From Candidatus Rokuibacteriota bacterium (lineage in GTDB: Bacteria; JAUVQV01; DATDCY01): a stretch of DNA of 64,000 bases. The notes under the pieces are model-generated. The model was not told the DNA's origin. It worked only from the letters and a program-made list of their open reading frames with translations, and searched no databases. The position numbers and the translations under genes were made by a program. Location of the stretch: the NCBI GenBank assembly GCA_031406795.1, contig JANOHV010000118.1:647-64646 (forward strand). Reading direction: 5' to 3'. This document shows, in pieces, positions 49,174 through 59,600 of this stretch. Numbering within the stretch: the stretch's first letter is position 1; the number at the start of each line of letters is the position of its first letter.

Positions 49174-51411
49174 CTAGCCTGGTGCCCCGCGGCGCACCGC
49201 CGGGAGCGTGATGATGAACGTGGTTCCGGGCCGCTTCGATTCCTCGGCGGTGGCCGTCTCCACCGCGATGGTGCCGGCGTGGCGCGCGACGATGCCGTAG
49301 GAGACCGAGAGGCCGAGCCCGGTGCCCTCGCCGACTTTCTTCGTTGTGAACAGCGGGTCGAAGATCCGCGAGCGGATCTCGGGCGGAATCCCGGGGCCGG
49401 TGTCGGAGATCAGTACCTCGATGCAGGTGCCCCCCTCGCCGAGACGGGTCTGGACGCCGAGTTCGCCGCCCCCCTCGAGCTTCATCGCGTAGACCGCGTT
49501 GTTGATGATGTTGAGAAAGACCTGCTGCAGCTCGTCGGCGTCGCCGCGCACCGGCGGCAGGTCCGCGAGCAGGTCGTGCTGGCTGACCGAGATGCGGTTC
49601 ACGAGCAGGTAGTTGCCCAGGACGGCGAGCACCGCCTCGAGGCAGGCGTTGACGTCCACCTCGTCTTCGCTGTGCTCCTTGCGCCGCGCGAAGGTCAGCA
49701 GGTTTTCGACGACCTTCTTGGCCTTGTTGCCGTAGCTCTCGATCGTGCGCAGCACCTCCTCGGTCTCGGAACCCTTCTCGGCTTTCTCGAGGAGCAGGTC
49801 GGTGAACCCGAGGATGACGGTGAGCGGGTTGTTGATCTCGTGCGCCACGCCGGCCGAGAGCGTCCCGAGCGATGCCAGCTTCTCGGTGTGGTAGTTCTGC
49901 TCCTCGATCTGCCGGCGGTCGGTGATGTCGCGGGCGATGCCGATGACGGCGTAGATCTGGCCGGCCTCGTCGAGCAGCCTGCGGAAGTTGGTGTTCAGCC
50001 AGAGCTCGCGATCGCCGATCTTCACCAGGTGGGTGATCTGACGGCCCTTCTTGGTCTCGAACACCTCGTCGATGGCCAGCAGCGGCTCCTCGGCGGTCGG
50101 GCAGGCGAAGATGTCGGAGAGGTTGCGCCCGACGATCTCCTCCACCGGCATCCGGAAGACCTTCGCGCCGTAGGCGTTGATCGACAGGATGGTCCCGGCA
50201 CGGTCCGCCGTGAAGATCGCGTCACCGGCGTTTTCAACGAGCGAACGGTAGCGCTGCTCGGATTTCTGGAATTCCGCCGTCTGGTGGGCGACTTCGCGCT
50301 CGAGGTCCGCTGACCAGCGGGCCATCAGCGAGATGATAATCACGGTGCCGAGCACGAACACCGCGATGATCACCGCCTGCAGCAGCAGGCCGCGCACCTG
50401 GATGGCGTGGATCGACCCTTCCACCTCGCTGATCGGGGCGACCACCGCCACCGACCAGAGCGGGCCGCCCGCCTCGCCGGTGACGCGGATCGGCGCATAG
50501 GCGATGAGCTTGCGGACCTTCCCCTCGACGCCGAGGTGCCACCCGGAGATGTACCAGCTCGTGCCCTCCTTGCCGGCGAGCATCAGCGTTTTCTGGATCT
50601 CGTTGATGCGGGCGAACGAGATCGTCGGCATCTTCGCGGTGCGCGCTTCGAAGGCGTTCTTGCCGGTGAAAATCGCCTCCTGGTGGTGCAAAAACGTGCC
50701 GTTGCCGTCGATGACCCAGGCGTAACCGGTCTTGCCGGAGCGGATGTCGCGGGTCACGCTCCCGGTGAGTTCGGCGACATCGACGACCAGCGTGAGTACC
50801 CCGGTGAAGCCGCGCGTCGGGGCCGGGTGTTCCTCGTCGGCGGCGTCCTGCCAGACGGGGCGCACGAAACGCATCAGCAGCGTGGCCGGCTCGTCCGCGC
50901 CGGCGGCGGCGACCGGGGTGACGAGCAGGCGCTCCCGGTTGGCCGGGTCGGTCGCCCAGAGCAGGTAGAGGGTGTCCTCGGCGGACGGCTCCAGACGGCG
51001 GTAGCCCGCGCGCCCGTAAACGTGCGCGAGTGTTCCCGGGGAGGGCAGGAAGCGGATCTGGACCGCCCCGTTGTCCTTCACGCTCATGAAAGCGCTTTCC
51101 AGACGGCCGACGAGTGCGATCCGCTCCTGGTATTGCAGAGCCGGCGCCTGACTCAGCAGGCGCAACTCCTTCTGGAGCATCGCCAGCGAGTGGGTGATCT
51201 GCCGGGCGGCATACTTGGCGATGACCAGTTGCTGCTTGTTGAAATCCTCGGTTACGACTTCCTTCACCGAACGGTAGGAGAGCCAGCCGAGCACGAGAAT
51301 GACGCCGCAGAGCAGGACGCTGACCCCGACGACGATCCGCTTGGACCGCCGCACGAAGCGCGCTGCCCAGGCGACGAGCGAGACGGCGGAGGCGTGCAGG
51401 AGCTCTCTCAT
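49174..51411 (-). CDS. Cache-like extracytoplasmic sensor + PAS histidine kinase
   Basis: 745 aa. TM, ~300-aa periplasmic domain, TM, PAS, H-box AGVAHEINNPL, N-box LNIINNAVYA, G1 DTGPGI, G2 GTGLGL. Confidence 0.9.
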   Translation of the reverse strand: MRELLHASAVSLVAWAARFVRRSKRIVVGVSVLLCGVILVLGWLSYRSVKEVVTEDFNKQQLVIAKYAARQITHSLAMLQKELRLLSQAPALQYQERIALVGRLESAFMSVKDNGAVQIRFLPSPGTLAHVYGRAGYRRLEPSAEDTLYLLWATDPANRERLLVTPVAAAGADEPATLLMRFVRPVWQDAADEEHPAPTRGFTGVLTLVVDVAELTGSVTRDIRSGKTGYAWVIDGNGTFLHHQEAIFTGKNAFEARTAKMPTISFARINEIQKTLMLAGKEGTSWYISGWHLGVEGKVRKLIAYAPIRVTGEAGGPLWSVAVVAPISEVEGSIHAIQVRGLLLQAVIIAVFVLGTVIIISLMARWSADLEREVAHQTAEFQKSEQRYRSLVENAGDAIFTADRAGTILSINAYGAKVFRMPVEEIVGRNLSDIFACPTAEEPLLAIDEVFETKKGRQITHLVKIGDRELWLNTNFRRLLDEAGQIYAVIGIARDITDRRQIEEQNYHTEKLASLGTLSAGVAHEINNPLTVILGFTDLLLEKAEKGSETEEVLRTIESYGNKAKKVVENLLTFARRKEHSEDEVDVNACLEAVLAVLGNYLLVNRISVSQHDLLADLPPVRGDADELQQVFLNIINNAVYAMKLEGGGELGVQTRLGEGGTCIEVLISDTGPGIPPEIRSRIFDPLFTTKKVGEGTGLGLSVSYGIVARHAGTIAVETATAEESKRPGTTFIITLPAVRRGAPG

Positions 51412-51460
51412 GATCCGGCGCGATTATAGCAGGGCGCGCCGCCTCCCCGCTCTGCGGTCC

Positions 51461-52162
51461 TCAGGTCAGAGGCGGAGCGGTTCCGGCATTGTTGTGGAGG
51501 GCGCATTTCGGATCGCCGATGCGCAGCAGATCGCCGGTCGTTCCGACGCCCCAGCGTTCGAGCCGCCGCAGGAGCCGCTGGAAGACCTGCGCGGTGACCA
51601 GCGCGTCGCCGAGGGCGTTGTGCTCGGCGCGGCAGGGCACGCCGAGGGCCTGTGCCAGCGCCGGCAGGCGCGGGTCCTGCAGGCGGGGGAGACCCGGTCC
51701 GCCGTCGTTCGGGGCGCGGCTGGAGAGCCAGTCGTACAGCGGCCAGGTGTCCAGCACCGGGTTGGCGAGCGGGGCCAGCCCGGCCTTCGCGAAGGCGGCT
51801 CCCAGGAACTCGAGATCGATCTCGATGAAGTGGCCGATCAGGATGTCCGCGGCGCAGAAGGCCCGGAACTTCTCGAGGACGGCGCCGATGCCGGGTCGGC
51901 CGCGCACGTCTTCGGGGGTGATGCCATGCAGCACGATGCTCGTCGCGGTCAGCGCGCTCGACGGCTGCACCTCCTCGTAGAAGCGGTCGGCCAGCACGAT
52001 GCGTCCCTCGCGCAGGCGCAGTCCGGCGAGCGAGACGATCGAGTCCCGCCGCGCGTCGAGCCCGGTGAGTTCGCTGTCGATGACCGCGTAGCGCGATGCG
52101 GCGGGAGCCAGCCGGGCGAGGCGCACGAGCGGGGTCTGCGGGCGGCCGCGGAAGGGCCACAC
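51461..52162 (-). CDS. DEDDh 3'-5' exonuclease (DnaQ/PolIII epsilon-like)
   Basis: 233 aa, GTG start. Exo I VIDSELTGLD, Exo II LIGHFIEIDLEFL, Exo III HNALGDALVTAQVF. Confidence 0.85.
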   Translation of the reverse strand: MWPFRGRPQTPLVRLARLAPAASRYAVIDSELTGLDARRDSIVSLAGLRLREGRIVLADRFYEEVQPSSALTATSIVLHGITPEDVRGRPGIGAVLEKFRAFCAADILIGHFIEIDLEFLGAAFAKAGLAPLANPVLDTWPLYDWLSSRAPNDGGPGLPRLQDPRLPALAQALGVPCRAEHNALGDALVTAQVFQRLLRRLERWGVGTTGDLLRIGDPKCALHNNAGTAPPLT

Positions 52163-54195
52163 TAGAGGATGGCGGCCTTGTAGCGCTCGAGGACCTGGTC
52201 CTGCACGCGCGACACGAGGTGGAACGCATCCTTGATGGTGCGCTTCTCGAGGTTCGTCAGGCGGCTCGGCGTGATGAAGTTGTTGATCTCGCCGCCGTCG
52301 CTCATCTGGCGGTACTGGCTGTGCACGCGCAGCAGCAGCAGAAAATCGAGCGCCTGCTTGAGTTCATCGGCGAACTCGCGGACCACCGTGTGCGTCTCGC
52401 GCAGGGCTTCGATGCGCTCGATGGTGGAGGAGGCGCGGCAGCCCTTCTCGAGGGCGAAGAAACGCACCAGGTCGATCAACGGGTTGATCCCCCGCGCCTT
52501 GAGGTTGAGCTGATCCTTGTGTTCGCCGCTTTTTTCGACGACGAAGGAGCCGAAAAAGCCGATGGGCGGGCGGTTGGTGACGATCTGGTTGACGATGTAG
52601 TTCAGAAAGAGGGGTTGGTCCTCGATCTGCGCCACGATGTGGTCGCGCAGCCGATCCCCGAGGAGCGGGTCGCCGTGGACGACGCGGAAGTCGAAGAAGA
52701 CCGAGGTCTGAATCGGGCTGTCGCCGCCCGGGTTCTGGATCCAGTCCGAGAAATACCTGCGCCAGACACGCAGCGGCTGACGCCAGAGCGGGTTGGCGGC
52801 CATGATTCCGGCCGGGCAGGGCGGGAAGCCGCAGGCGATGAGCGTCTCTTTCGCGAAAGCGCCCACTTCGGTCGCCCAGCGCTGGCCCTCCGCCGCGAGT
52901 TCGGGGTCGGTGCAATCGTCGAGCAGCAGCCCGTTGTCCTGGTCGGTGCGGAAGACCTGCTCGCGCCGTCCTTCCGAGCCGAGGGCGAGCCAGGCGTAGC
53001 GCAGCGGGGCGGGGCCGAATTTGCGTTCGGCCATCTCGAGGACGCGGCCAACGATGCGGTCGTTGATCTCGGTGACCACGGGAGTGATGTTCGTGGCGCG
53101 CGCCCCTTCCTTGAGCAGCAGGCCGATGATCTGAGTTACCTTGCGCGAGGCCAGCGCCAGGCCGGGGATGTCCTGCTGCTGCTCGATCTCCTGCACGACC
53201 GAGAGCGGGGAGGTCCCCTGCAGGATCATCAGGTCATGGTTGGTGATGATCCCCTTCACCGCCCCGGATTCGACCACGAGCAGGTGGTGGATGTTGTTGC
53301 GGATCATCGTCAGCAGCGCCTCGAAGCAGTAATCGCGGGCGTCCATCGTGACCAGCGGCGAACTCATGATCGCCGCGGCCGGATCGGCGACGTCGCGGCC
53401 GGCGGCAACGACCTTGTCGCGGATGTCGCGGTCGGTGATGATCCCCTCGGGCGTGCCGGCCGCATCCAGCACGATGAGCGAGCTGATGCGGTTGCGCGAC
53501 ATGATCACCGCTGCGGCCTGTATCGACAGTCCGGGTGGGGCGGTGACCACGTTGCCGGTCGCGAGTTCACCCACCGGTGTCGTGAACAGCAGTCGCTCGC
53601 CGCCGCCGACGAGAATGCTGCGCGTGCGCATCTCGTGGAGCGTCTTGTCCAGGTACTTGCTCAGAAAAGTCCGGTGCAGGTATTCGCGGATCTGGGGGTT
53701 GGCGTCGAGGAGGCGCCGGAAATCCGGCTTTTCGATCAGATAGCAGATGGTGTCGGAGGTGGCGACCACGTTCGTGCGGGAGCGGTCACCCGTGTAGAGC
53801 GACAGAAACCCGATGATGTCGCCCTCGGCCCGGTAGTCGACGAGCGTCTCCTCGTTTTCGTCGGAGCGGATGAAGATCTTCGCCCCGCCCTTCTTGATGA
53901 CCAGCAGGTTCTCGCTCGGGGGGCCGCCCTGCTCGAGGATCAGCGCCCCGGTCGGGTAGTACTCCAGCGACACGGCGCGGGCCACCTCGCGCAGCGTTTG
54001 ATCCTCGAGAAACTGGAAGGGCGGAACTTTCCTGAGGAAGGCGACGACTTCCTGGACGGCGGCGCCACGGACCCGCGCACGCTCCTTCACGGCGAGAATT
54101 CGCGTGTGTGCACTAGGAAATTTCTCCACGAAATTCGAGTGGCCCGCGGGAAGGTGCGGCCTCTTCGGTGGAACGGACGTTGTGCCTGTCTGCAT
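52162..54195 (-). CDS. cNMP-binding + CBS pair + DUF294 nucleotidyltransferase + DUF294_C protein
   Basis: 677 aa. N-terminal cyclic-nucleotide-binding-like domain, two CBS units, then AWLALGSEGRREQVFRTDQDNGLL (NTase GS...DxD). The C-terminal part is a helical substrate-binding domain. Confidence 0.8.
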   Translation of the reverse strand: MQTGTTSVPPKRPHLPAGHSNFVEKFPSAHTRILAVKERARVRGAAVQEVVAFLRKVPPFQFLEDQTLREVARAVSLEYYPTGALILEQGGPPSENLLVIKKGGAKIFIRSDENEETLVDYRAEGDIIGFLSLYTGDRSRTNVVATSDTICYLIEKPDFRRLLDANPQIREYLHRTFLSKYLDKTLHEMRTRSILVGGGERLLFTTPVGELATGNVVTAPPGLSIQAAAVIMSRNRISSLIVLDAAGTPEGIITDRDIRDKVVAAGRDVADPAAAIMSSPLVTMDARDYCFEALLTMIRNNIHHLLVVESGAVKGIITNHDLMILQGTSPLSVVQEIEQQQDIPGLALASRKVTQIIGLLLKEGARATNITPVVTEINDRIVGRVLEMAERKFGPAPLRYAWLALGSEGRREQVFRTDQDNGLLLDDCTDPELAAEGQRWATEVGAFAKETLIACGFPPCPAGIMAANPLWRQPLRVWRRYFSDWIQNPGGDSPIQTSVFFDFRVVHGDPLLGDRLRDHIVAQIEDQPLFLNYIVNQIVTNRPPIGFFGSFVVEKSGEHKDQLNLKARGINPLIDLVRFFALEKGCRASSTIERIEALRETHTVVREFADELKQALDFLLLLRVHSQYRQMSDGGEINNFITPSRLTNLEKRTIKDAFHLVSRVQDQVLERYKAAIL

Positions 54196-54289
54196 GGCAA
54201 GACTTCGGTGTCCTCATGCAGAAGCCTCCCTAGTCTTGCGGGCGACGCGCCCGCGTTGCGGCAACGATACCGGATGCGGCGGCAGGTGG

Positions 54290-54751
54290 TCAAGGAGGCC
54301 CGGTCGCGCACCAGCGCTTCCAGGCGATCCGGCTCGAGAACAGCAGGCCGGTGCCGATCGCGAGGTACAGCGGGCCGACCACGGCGTGCGAGAGCGGGCC
54401 GCTGCGCAGGAGCCGGCCCGCGCCCGACATCAGCGCCACGAGCAGCCAGCTGCGCCACGAGAGGAAGCCTCCCGCGCAGCGGCCGTCGCCGCGCGCCGCG
54501 ATGCGATCCGCGATGCCCCCGGCCGCTTTGTCGAGGACGAAGCGTCCCTTGAGCAGGCCGGCGGCAACCCCGAGGACGACAGCCAGCACGCCGGTGCGGA
54601 GGCCGAACGCCTCGAGTGTCCAGCGCGCGCCGAAACCGAGCAACACCAATCCCACGATGGTCCAGAGCGCGGCGGCGAGCAGCAGTTGGGTGCGTCCGGC
54701 GGCACGGGGCTTCCAGCGCTCGAGCGGCGAGCGGCGAAGTGCGGGTTCCAT
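54290..54751 (-). CDS. Hypothetical 4-TM membrane protein
   Basis: 153 aa with four hydrophobic segments. I recognise no motif. Confidence 0.5.
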   Translation of the reverse strand: MEPALRRSPLERWKPRAAGRTQLLLAAALWTIVGLVLLGFGARWTLEAFGLRTGVLAVVLGVAAGLLKGRFVLDKAAGGIADRIAARGDGRCAGGFLSWRSWLLVALMSGAGRLLRSGPLSHAVVGPLYLAIGTGLLFSSRIAWKRWCATGPP

Positions 54752-54805
54752 GCGTTGGACGCTAGCACCCGGCCTCGTGGGGAGTCAAATCCCGGCCCCC
54801 GTCAC

Positions 54806-54958
54806 GGAAACGGAGAGGAGGTTCAAAAGGGTCCAGGTGCAAGGCGCGTTCCGATCCGGCGACTGAGGCGTACGAGTGGTACGCCGCAGGGCCTCCTCCC
54901 ACTCGTTTCGCTCGCAGGAGGCAATGACCGCACCGCAGCAGATGGGCCCTTTTCAACC
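54806..54958 (-). repeat. Dispersed repeat R3, long form (copy c)
   Basis: The reverse complement starts GGTTGAAAAGGGCCCATCTGCTGCGG, has the internal hairpin GGCGTACCACTCGTACGCC, and ends GCGCCTTGCACCTGGACCCTTTTGAACC. Its TGA (54953-55) is the ComFB stop codon. Confidence 0.75.
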
Positions 54959-55507
54959 CCCGTGGTGAGGATGACTGCTGACGACGCGGGCGGCCTGGTT
55001 GATCAGCATCCCCAATTCATAACGCATGAAGTCCAGATACGTCGGATGCAGGCTGCGGCGGCCGCCGCGCAGAACCCCGTACTTGGCGGGGTAGCGATTG
55101 AGCGCATAGGCCAGGGTGTCGGCGCGGCACTCCTCGCAGCTGCAGCCCGTGGGCGAGAGCCCCAGCGCGCGGCCGACCATCGAGGAGCCGACCTCGAATG
55201 TATAGTTGATGAGCCCGATCTCGTCCCGCATCGTCGGCAGAAGGCCGGGGCGATGCTTGGGCCAGAGGCCGACGCGTTTGAGAGCGGACTGGACCGCGTC
55301 GGTGATCGTTCCGGCCCTGATCAGCCCGGCGGCGCTGCCGGAACTCGAGGTGCGACAATAGAGTGGCGGCAGCAGCGTGAGCGCAAGAGCGACGATGTCG
55401 GTTTCGCACAGCTGACACCAGCACCCCGTGTAGCCCGGGCCGCCCTCTTGCCTGGCGCGGGTCACCTCGTCCCGGACCAACTGTTCCATCTCGTTCTTGA
55501 TGCCCAC
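54953..55507 (-). CDS. Tandem ComFB-domain protein
   Basis: 184 aa, GTG start. Two units carry the Cys pattern CWCQLCETDIVALALTLLPPLY and CSCEECRADTLAYALNRYPAKY. Confidence 0.7.
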   Translation of the reverse strand: MGIKNEMEQLVRDEVTRARQEGGPGYTGCWCQLCETDIVALALTLLPPLYCRTSSSGSAAGLIRAGTITDAVQSALKRVGLWPKHRPGLLPTMRDEIGLINYTFEVGSSMVGRALGLSPTGCSCEECRADTLAYALNRYPAKYGVLRGGRRSLHPTYLDFMRYELGMLINQAARVVSSHPHHGG

Positions 55508-55633
55508 AACTCATCCCCCCGTCCCACCTAGATTATAGTGCCTTTCGACGGGGAACTGTGACGTACATCACCGGTCTTGTCGCCTTCGACCGCGGGAGGG
55601 ATCGGGCTGATGAGGAAGCGACGGGTTCGGCCC

Positions 55634-56596
55634 TCAGCTGGCCCGGCCGGCTCCCTTGCCGACGCCCCTGACGGCATAAATTATTCCGCCCCAGAGACTG
55701 AAAAGCACGGAATTTGCCCGCAGCAGCAGGCCGACGAGCAGTCCGGGGGAGCCGCCCGCTCCGCTGGCGCCGAAGGTGAAGAAGAACGCCCACTCGACGA
55801 GCCCGAGGCCGCCGATCGTGATGGGGAGCGAGGCGATGAACATGATCACGGGAACGATGACGAGCAGGGTCTGAGCGGAAAGGACGACGCCGAAGGCCCG
55901 CGACGATACGTAGATGTACCCCATCGCGGTGAGGTGGAAGAGAAGCGAGAGCGCCAGGGCAGCGATGACGGCGCGCGTCCGGCCGGCGTAGTCGTGAATC
56001 GCGGCCTGGATACGGATGAGTTTGCCGATCAGCCGCCCCGGGAGCCCGCCGGGAAAGCGTCGCTGGCCCCACGCCAGAGGGCCGGTCAGGAGGACGGCGA
56101 TCGCGACGGCAATGTACACGGCCAGGCCGGCGCCCAGCGCCAGCGCGAAGCGGGGGTCCCGGAAGCTGGAGAGATTGCTGACGAAAGCGACGAGCGCGAT
56201 GGCCATCAGCGCCGTCATGCCGGTGAAGCGCTCCATGAAGACCGACGCCATGGCGAGCGCCCGGTCGCCGACGTCCCGGCCGACCTCATAACCGCGGAAG
56301 AGGTCGCCCCCGATGGTCGAGGGAAAGAAGTTGTTGATGAAGAGCCCCACGAAATAGAGATTGAGAAGTCGGACGAAGGGAACGCTCTTTCCCTTGGCCC
56401 GCAGCAGGATTCGCCACTTCCAGGAACTGATGGCGTTGAGCATGGCGCCGATTAGGGCCGAGAGGAGCACCCAGCGCGCGTCCGTCTGACGCAGCATGGC
56501 GCCCAGTTCGCTCCCGTCCACCCGGCGCACGAGCAGGAACAGGAGCGCGGCGCTGACCGCCGCCTTCACGATGGTTGCGCGCGACTGAGAACTCAT
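55634..56596 (-). CDS. UPF0104 / lysyl-phosphatidylglycerol-synthase-TM-like (flippase-like) membrane protein
   Basis: The ORF-track start is TTG 56611, so I prefer ATG 56596. WKWRILL...LYFVGLFINNFFPSTIGGDLFRGY is the family signature. Confidence 0.75.
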   Translation of the reverse strand: MSSQSRATIVKAAVSAALLFLLVRRVDGSELGAMLRQTDARWVLLSALIGAMLNAISSWKWRILLRAKGKSVPFVRLLNLYFVGLFINNFFPSTIGGDLFRGYEVGRDVGDRALAMASVFMERFTGMTALMAIALVAFVSNLSSFRDPRFALALGAGLAVYIAVAIAVLLTGPLAWGQRRFPGGLPGRLIGKLIRIQAAIHDYAGRTRAVIAALALSLLFHLTAMGYIYVSSRAFGVVLSAQTLLVIVPVIMFIASLPITIGGLGLVEWAFFFTFGASGAGGSPGLLVGLLLRANSVLFSLWGGIIYAVRGVGKGAGRAS

Positions 56597-56689
56597 GATC
56601 TCGGTTGTCAAACCCCGCTATGGTACAGTGGCACTCCAGCATCGTAGAGGCGTTAGTATGCACCAGAAACGAAAGAAGATGTGCAACGG

Positions 56690-59600
56690 ATGCTCACGTC
56701 CCGTCTGAACCCGACCGATCTCCGCGAAGGCGCCTCCGGTGCCGCTGGCGCGGTCGGGTGGCGAGAACTGGTGCTGGTCGCGGTCGCCCTGCTGTTGCTG
56801 GCAATTGCCTTTACCTGGCCGCTGGCACGCCACATGAACACCGATGTGCTCTATACCCACCGGGCGCACCCGGGCTACGAGCGCGTGCCGTTCGCCCAGG
56901 GGGATCACCTGCAGCTGCTCTATGTGTTCTGGCTCTTCGGCGACAGCGTCCGCGACGGGCGTACTCCCCTGACCGACCACTACGAATTCCGCGACGGCAG
57001 CCCGCCGGCGTTCTTCTTCCAACCCTCGCTGATGCCGCTGCTGACGTTTCTGCTGTCACCGCTCGGACTGATCGCCAGTTTCAACCTGCTGACCCTGTTC
57101 TCGTTCGTCGGCGCGGGCCTGGCGACCCATCTGCTATTGCGGCTCGAAATCGAGGATCGATGGGCGGCGTTCGCCGGGGCGCTCGTGGTCGCGCTCTTTC
57201 CGTACCGCGTGGCGCAGCTCGCCGGCCACGCCATCGGCTTTCTCTCGTTTCTCATCCCGCTCTATCTCTATTTCTTCGAGCGCTCCTTGCGCGCGACGCG
57301 CCTGGCCGGGTGGGTCTGCGCGGCCGGGGTGACCTTCTTCTTCGCGGGCGCCATGGAATTCCACGTCGTCTACTATCTGACACTGATGCTCGGCGTCTAT
57401 CTGCCGTTCCGTTTCCTCTCGCCGCTCTCGGCGTGGCTGCAGGTGCGCGACCCGGAGCCCACGGCTGCGCCGGACACCGTATCGGCCGGGCTCGCGCTGC
57501 TCGGCGGCGCCGGGGCCGGCTGCGCCGTCTTTCTGGCGGCCGACAGCATGCACGCTTTCGGCCACGCTGCCGGGTGGGTCGTCTCCGCGGCGGCGGGCGC
57601 GGTCATCGGGCTGTTGCTCTGGCGCGGTCTGACGCGCACGGCGGCGCGGTACCTGCCGGCGCCCGCGGAGGGGTTCGCGCGGCTGTGCGCGCTGCCGCTG
57701 GCCCCGCTGGCGCTGCTCGTGCTCGCCCCGCTCGGGGCCCGGCTCGGCGTGCCCTACCTTGGGCGCGCCGTGGCGGCGGTGTCTCTCATCGGCGTCGCGG
57801 CGGCCTGCCTGCCGCTGTTGCGCCTGCTGCCGCGGGCACGGCTGCAGCCGCAGGCGGCCGGACTCTTCAGCGACCGCGCGCGCCGCTTTCTGCCGCACCT
57901 GGGGTTCATTTGCTGCACCCTCGGGTACCTGCTGGTCGTGCGCAAGCTCATCTTCACGTCTTCCGTCGCCGGGAGCGGACGGCGCTTCTCGGACGTCACC
58001 GCATTTTCGCCCCACCCGATCGATCTGTTCGCGATCGTCAGCACCAACGCGGAGCGGGTGGCCTACCTCGGCGTGGTCGCGGCGCTGTTGGCGCTCGTCG
58101 GTCTCGTCTCGGTGCGGCGGATCGCCGACCCGGGGCGCCGGGCGCGGCTCGCCTTCTTCGCCGGCACCGGCATCACCGGCGCGCTGCTGGCGGTCGGACC
58201 GAATCTCGACCTGTTTCCGCTCTACCACCTGCTCTTCCGGATCGTGCCGATGTTCAACTTCCCGCGCGTCTCCGGCCGCATACTCGCGGTGGCGTGCGTC
58301 GGGCTGGCGGTGCTCGCCGCGCTCGGGCTGGCCGCGCTTCGTCAGCGTGCGGGCCGGCGCGCCGGCCTGCTGACCGCGCTCGTTCTCGTGCTGCTGGTGG
58401 CCGACTATGCCCCCAAACACGCGCCGGGACTCACGACGCTGCCGTTGGCGCATCCGGTCTACGAGCGTCTCTCCCGCGAGCGGCAGCCAGGCGAGACGAT
58501 CCTGGAACTGCCGATCTGGCCAGGGGAGTCCTCCTGGTCGTCGGATTACCTCTGGTATGTGACACGCTACCGCAACCTGCTGGTCAACGGGTACTCCCCC
58601 GCCACGCCCCGCGCCTACGTCGAGCGGGTTTTCAAACCGCTCTACCCGCTGGATTTCGGCGAGATGCGCCGACCGCAGTACGACCTGCTCAAGAGCCTCG
58701 GGATCCGTTTCATCGTCTTCCACGAGGAAGTCTATCCGCAGAAGATCAGCGAATTTCCCTTCCGGGTCACGGTGGAGAACCTTCGCGCCTCGAAGTATCT
58801 GGAAACCGTGGCCGGCTCCGCGCCGCTCTGGCTCTTCCGGCTCAAGCCCGAGCCGCCGGCGGGGGATGAGTTCACCGCCGGCGCCATCTCCCCCGTCGGC
58901 AGCCTGCGCGAGGTCGAGCGGTGGAATGCCGGGAGCGGCGCCCGCGTCGAGGACGCGCTCGCCTCCGGCGGGGCGGCGATCTCCTATAACGCCGGCGCCG
59001 GCGGGGTGCTCGGACGCCCGACTCCTCCACGGGTCTACCCCGCGGGGAGCTACCGCGTTCAGGCGCGTTTTCTCACGGATCCCCCCGCCCCGGCTCCGGG
59101 GCTGACGCTGGAGGTCAGACAGGCGGATACGGGGCAACTCATCACGACGGCTGCGCTGCCGGCGGACCCCGGTCGCGGTGGCGTCCTGGATCTCGAAGCC
59201 GCTTTCACGCTGGAGACGCTGGACAAGATCTTCGTGCAGGTCGTCACCGACGGGTCGGCGCCGGTTCGCTGGGACTACGTGCTGGTGCGTTTCGCCGAGG
59301 CTCCCGAGCCGCAGCTTTCGATCGAGATCGAGGACCTCTGGCACATGGGCATTCCCCGTCCGGGTTCAGAGTCGTCAGGGGGGGAGGCAGTCGAGCTGAT
59401 TCCCGGGTATAACCCGCGCGACTACGCCTTCTCCGGTCCCGACCGGGTACTCGATGCGGGCGACTGGGTGGCCAGACTGCGGTTCGAGGCACCGGTGGCC
59501 GCCGGATCCGCGGGCGGAGAGCGCTTCGAAGTGACGATTTCGAACGTGGAGCGGCCGCTGGCGGCGGTGTTGCTGCCGGCATCCGGCGGCGTCGGCTATC

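Noticed and set aside
54768-54806. GGGGAGTCAAATCCCGGCCCCCGTCA resembles a tRNA T-arm/acceptor 3' fragment, and so a possible att remnant.
   Set aside because: The stem is only 3-4 bp with a wrong-sized loop. There is no acceptor complementarity or CCA context, and there is no integrase nearby.
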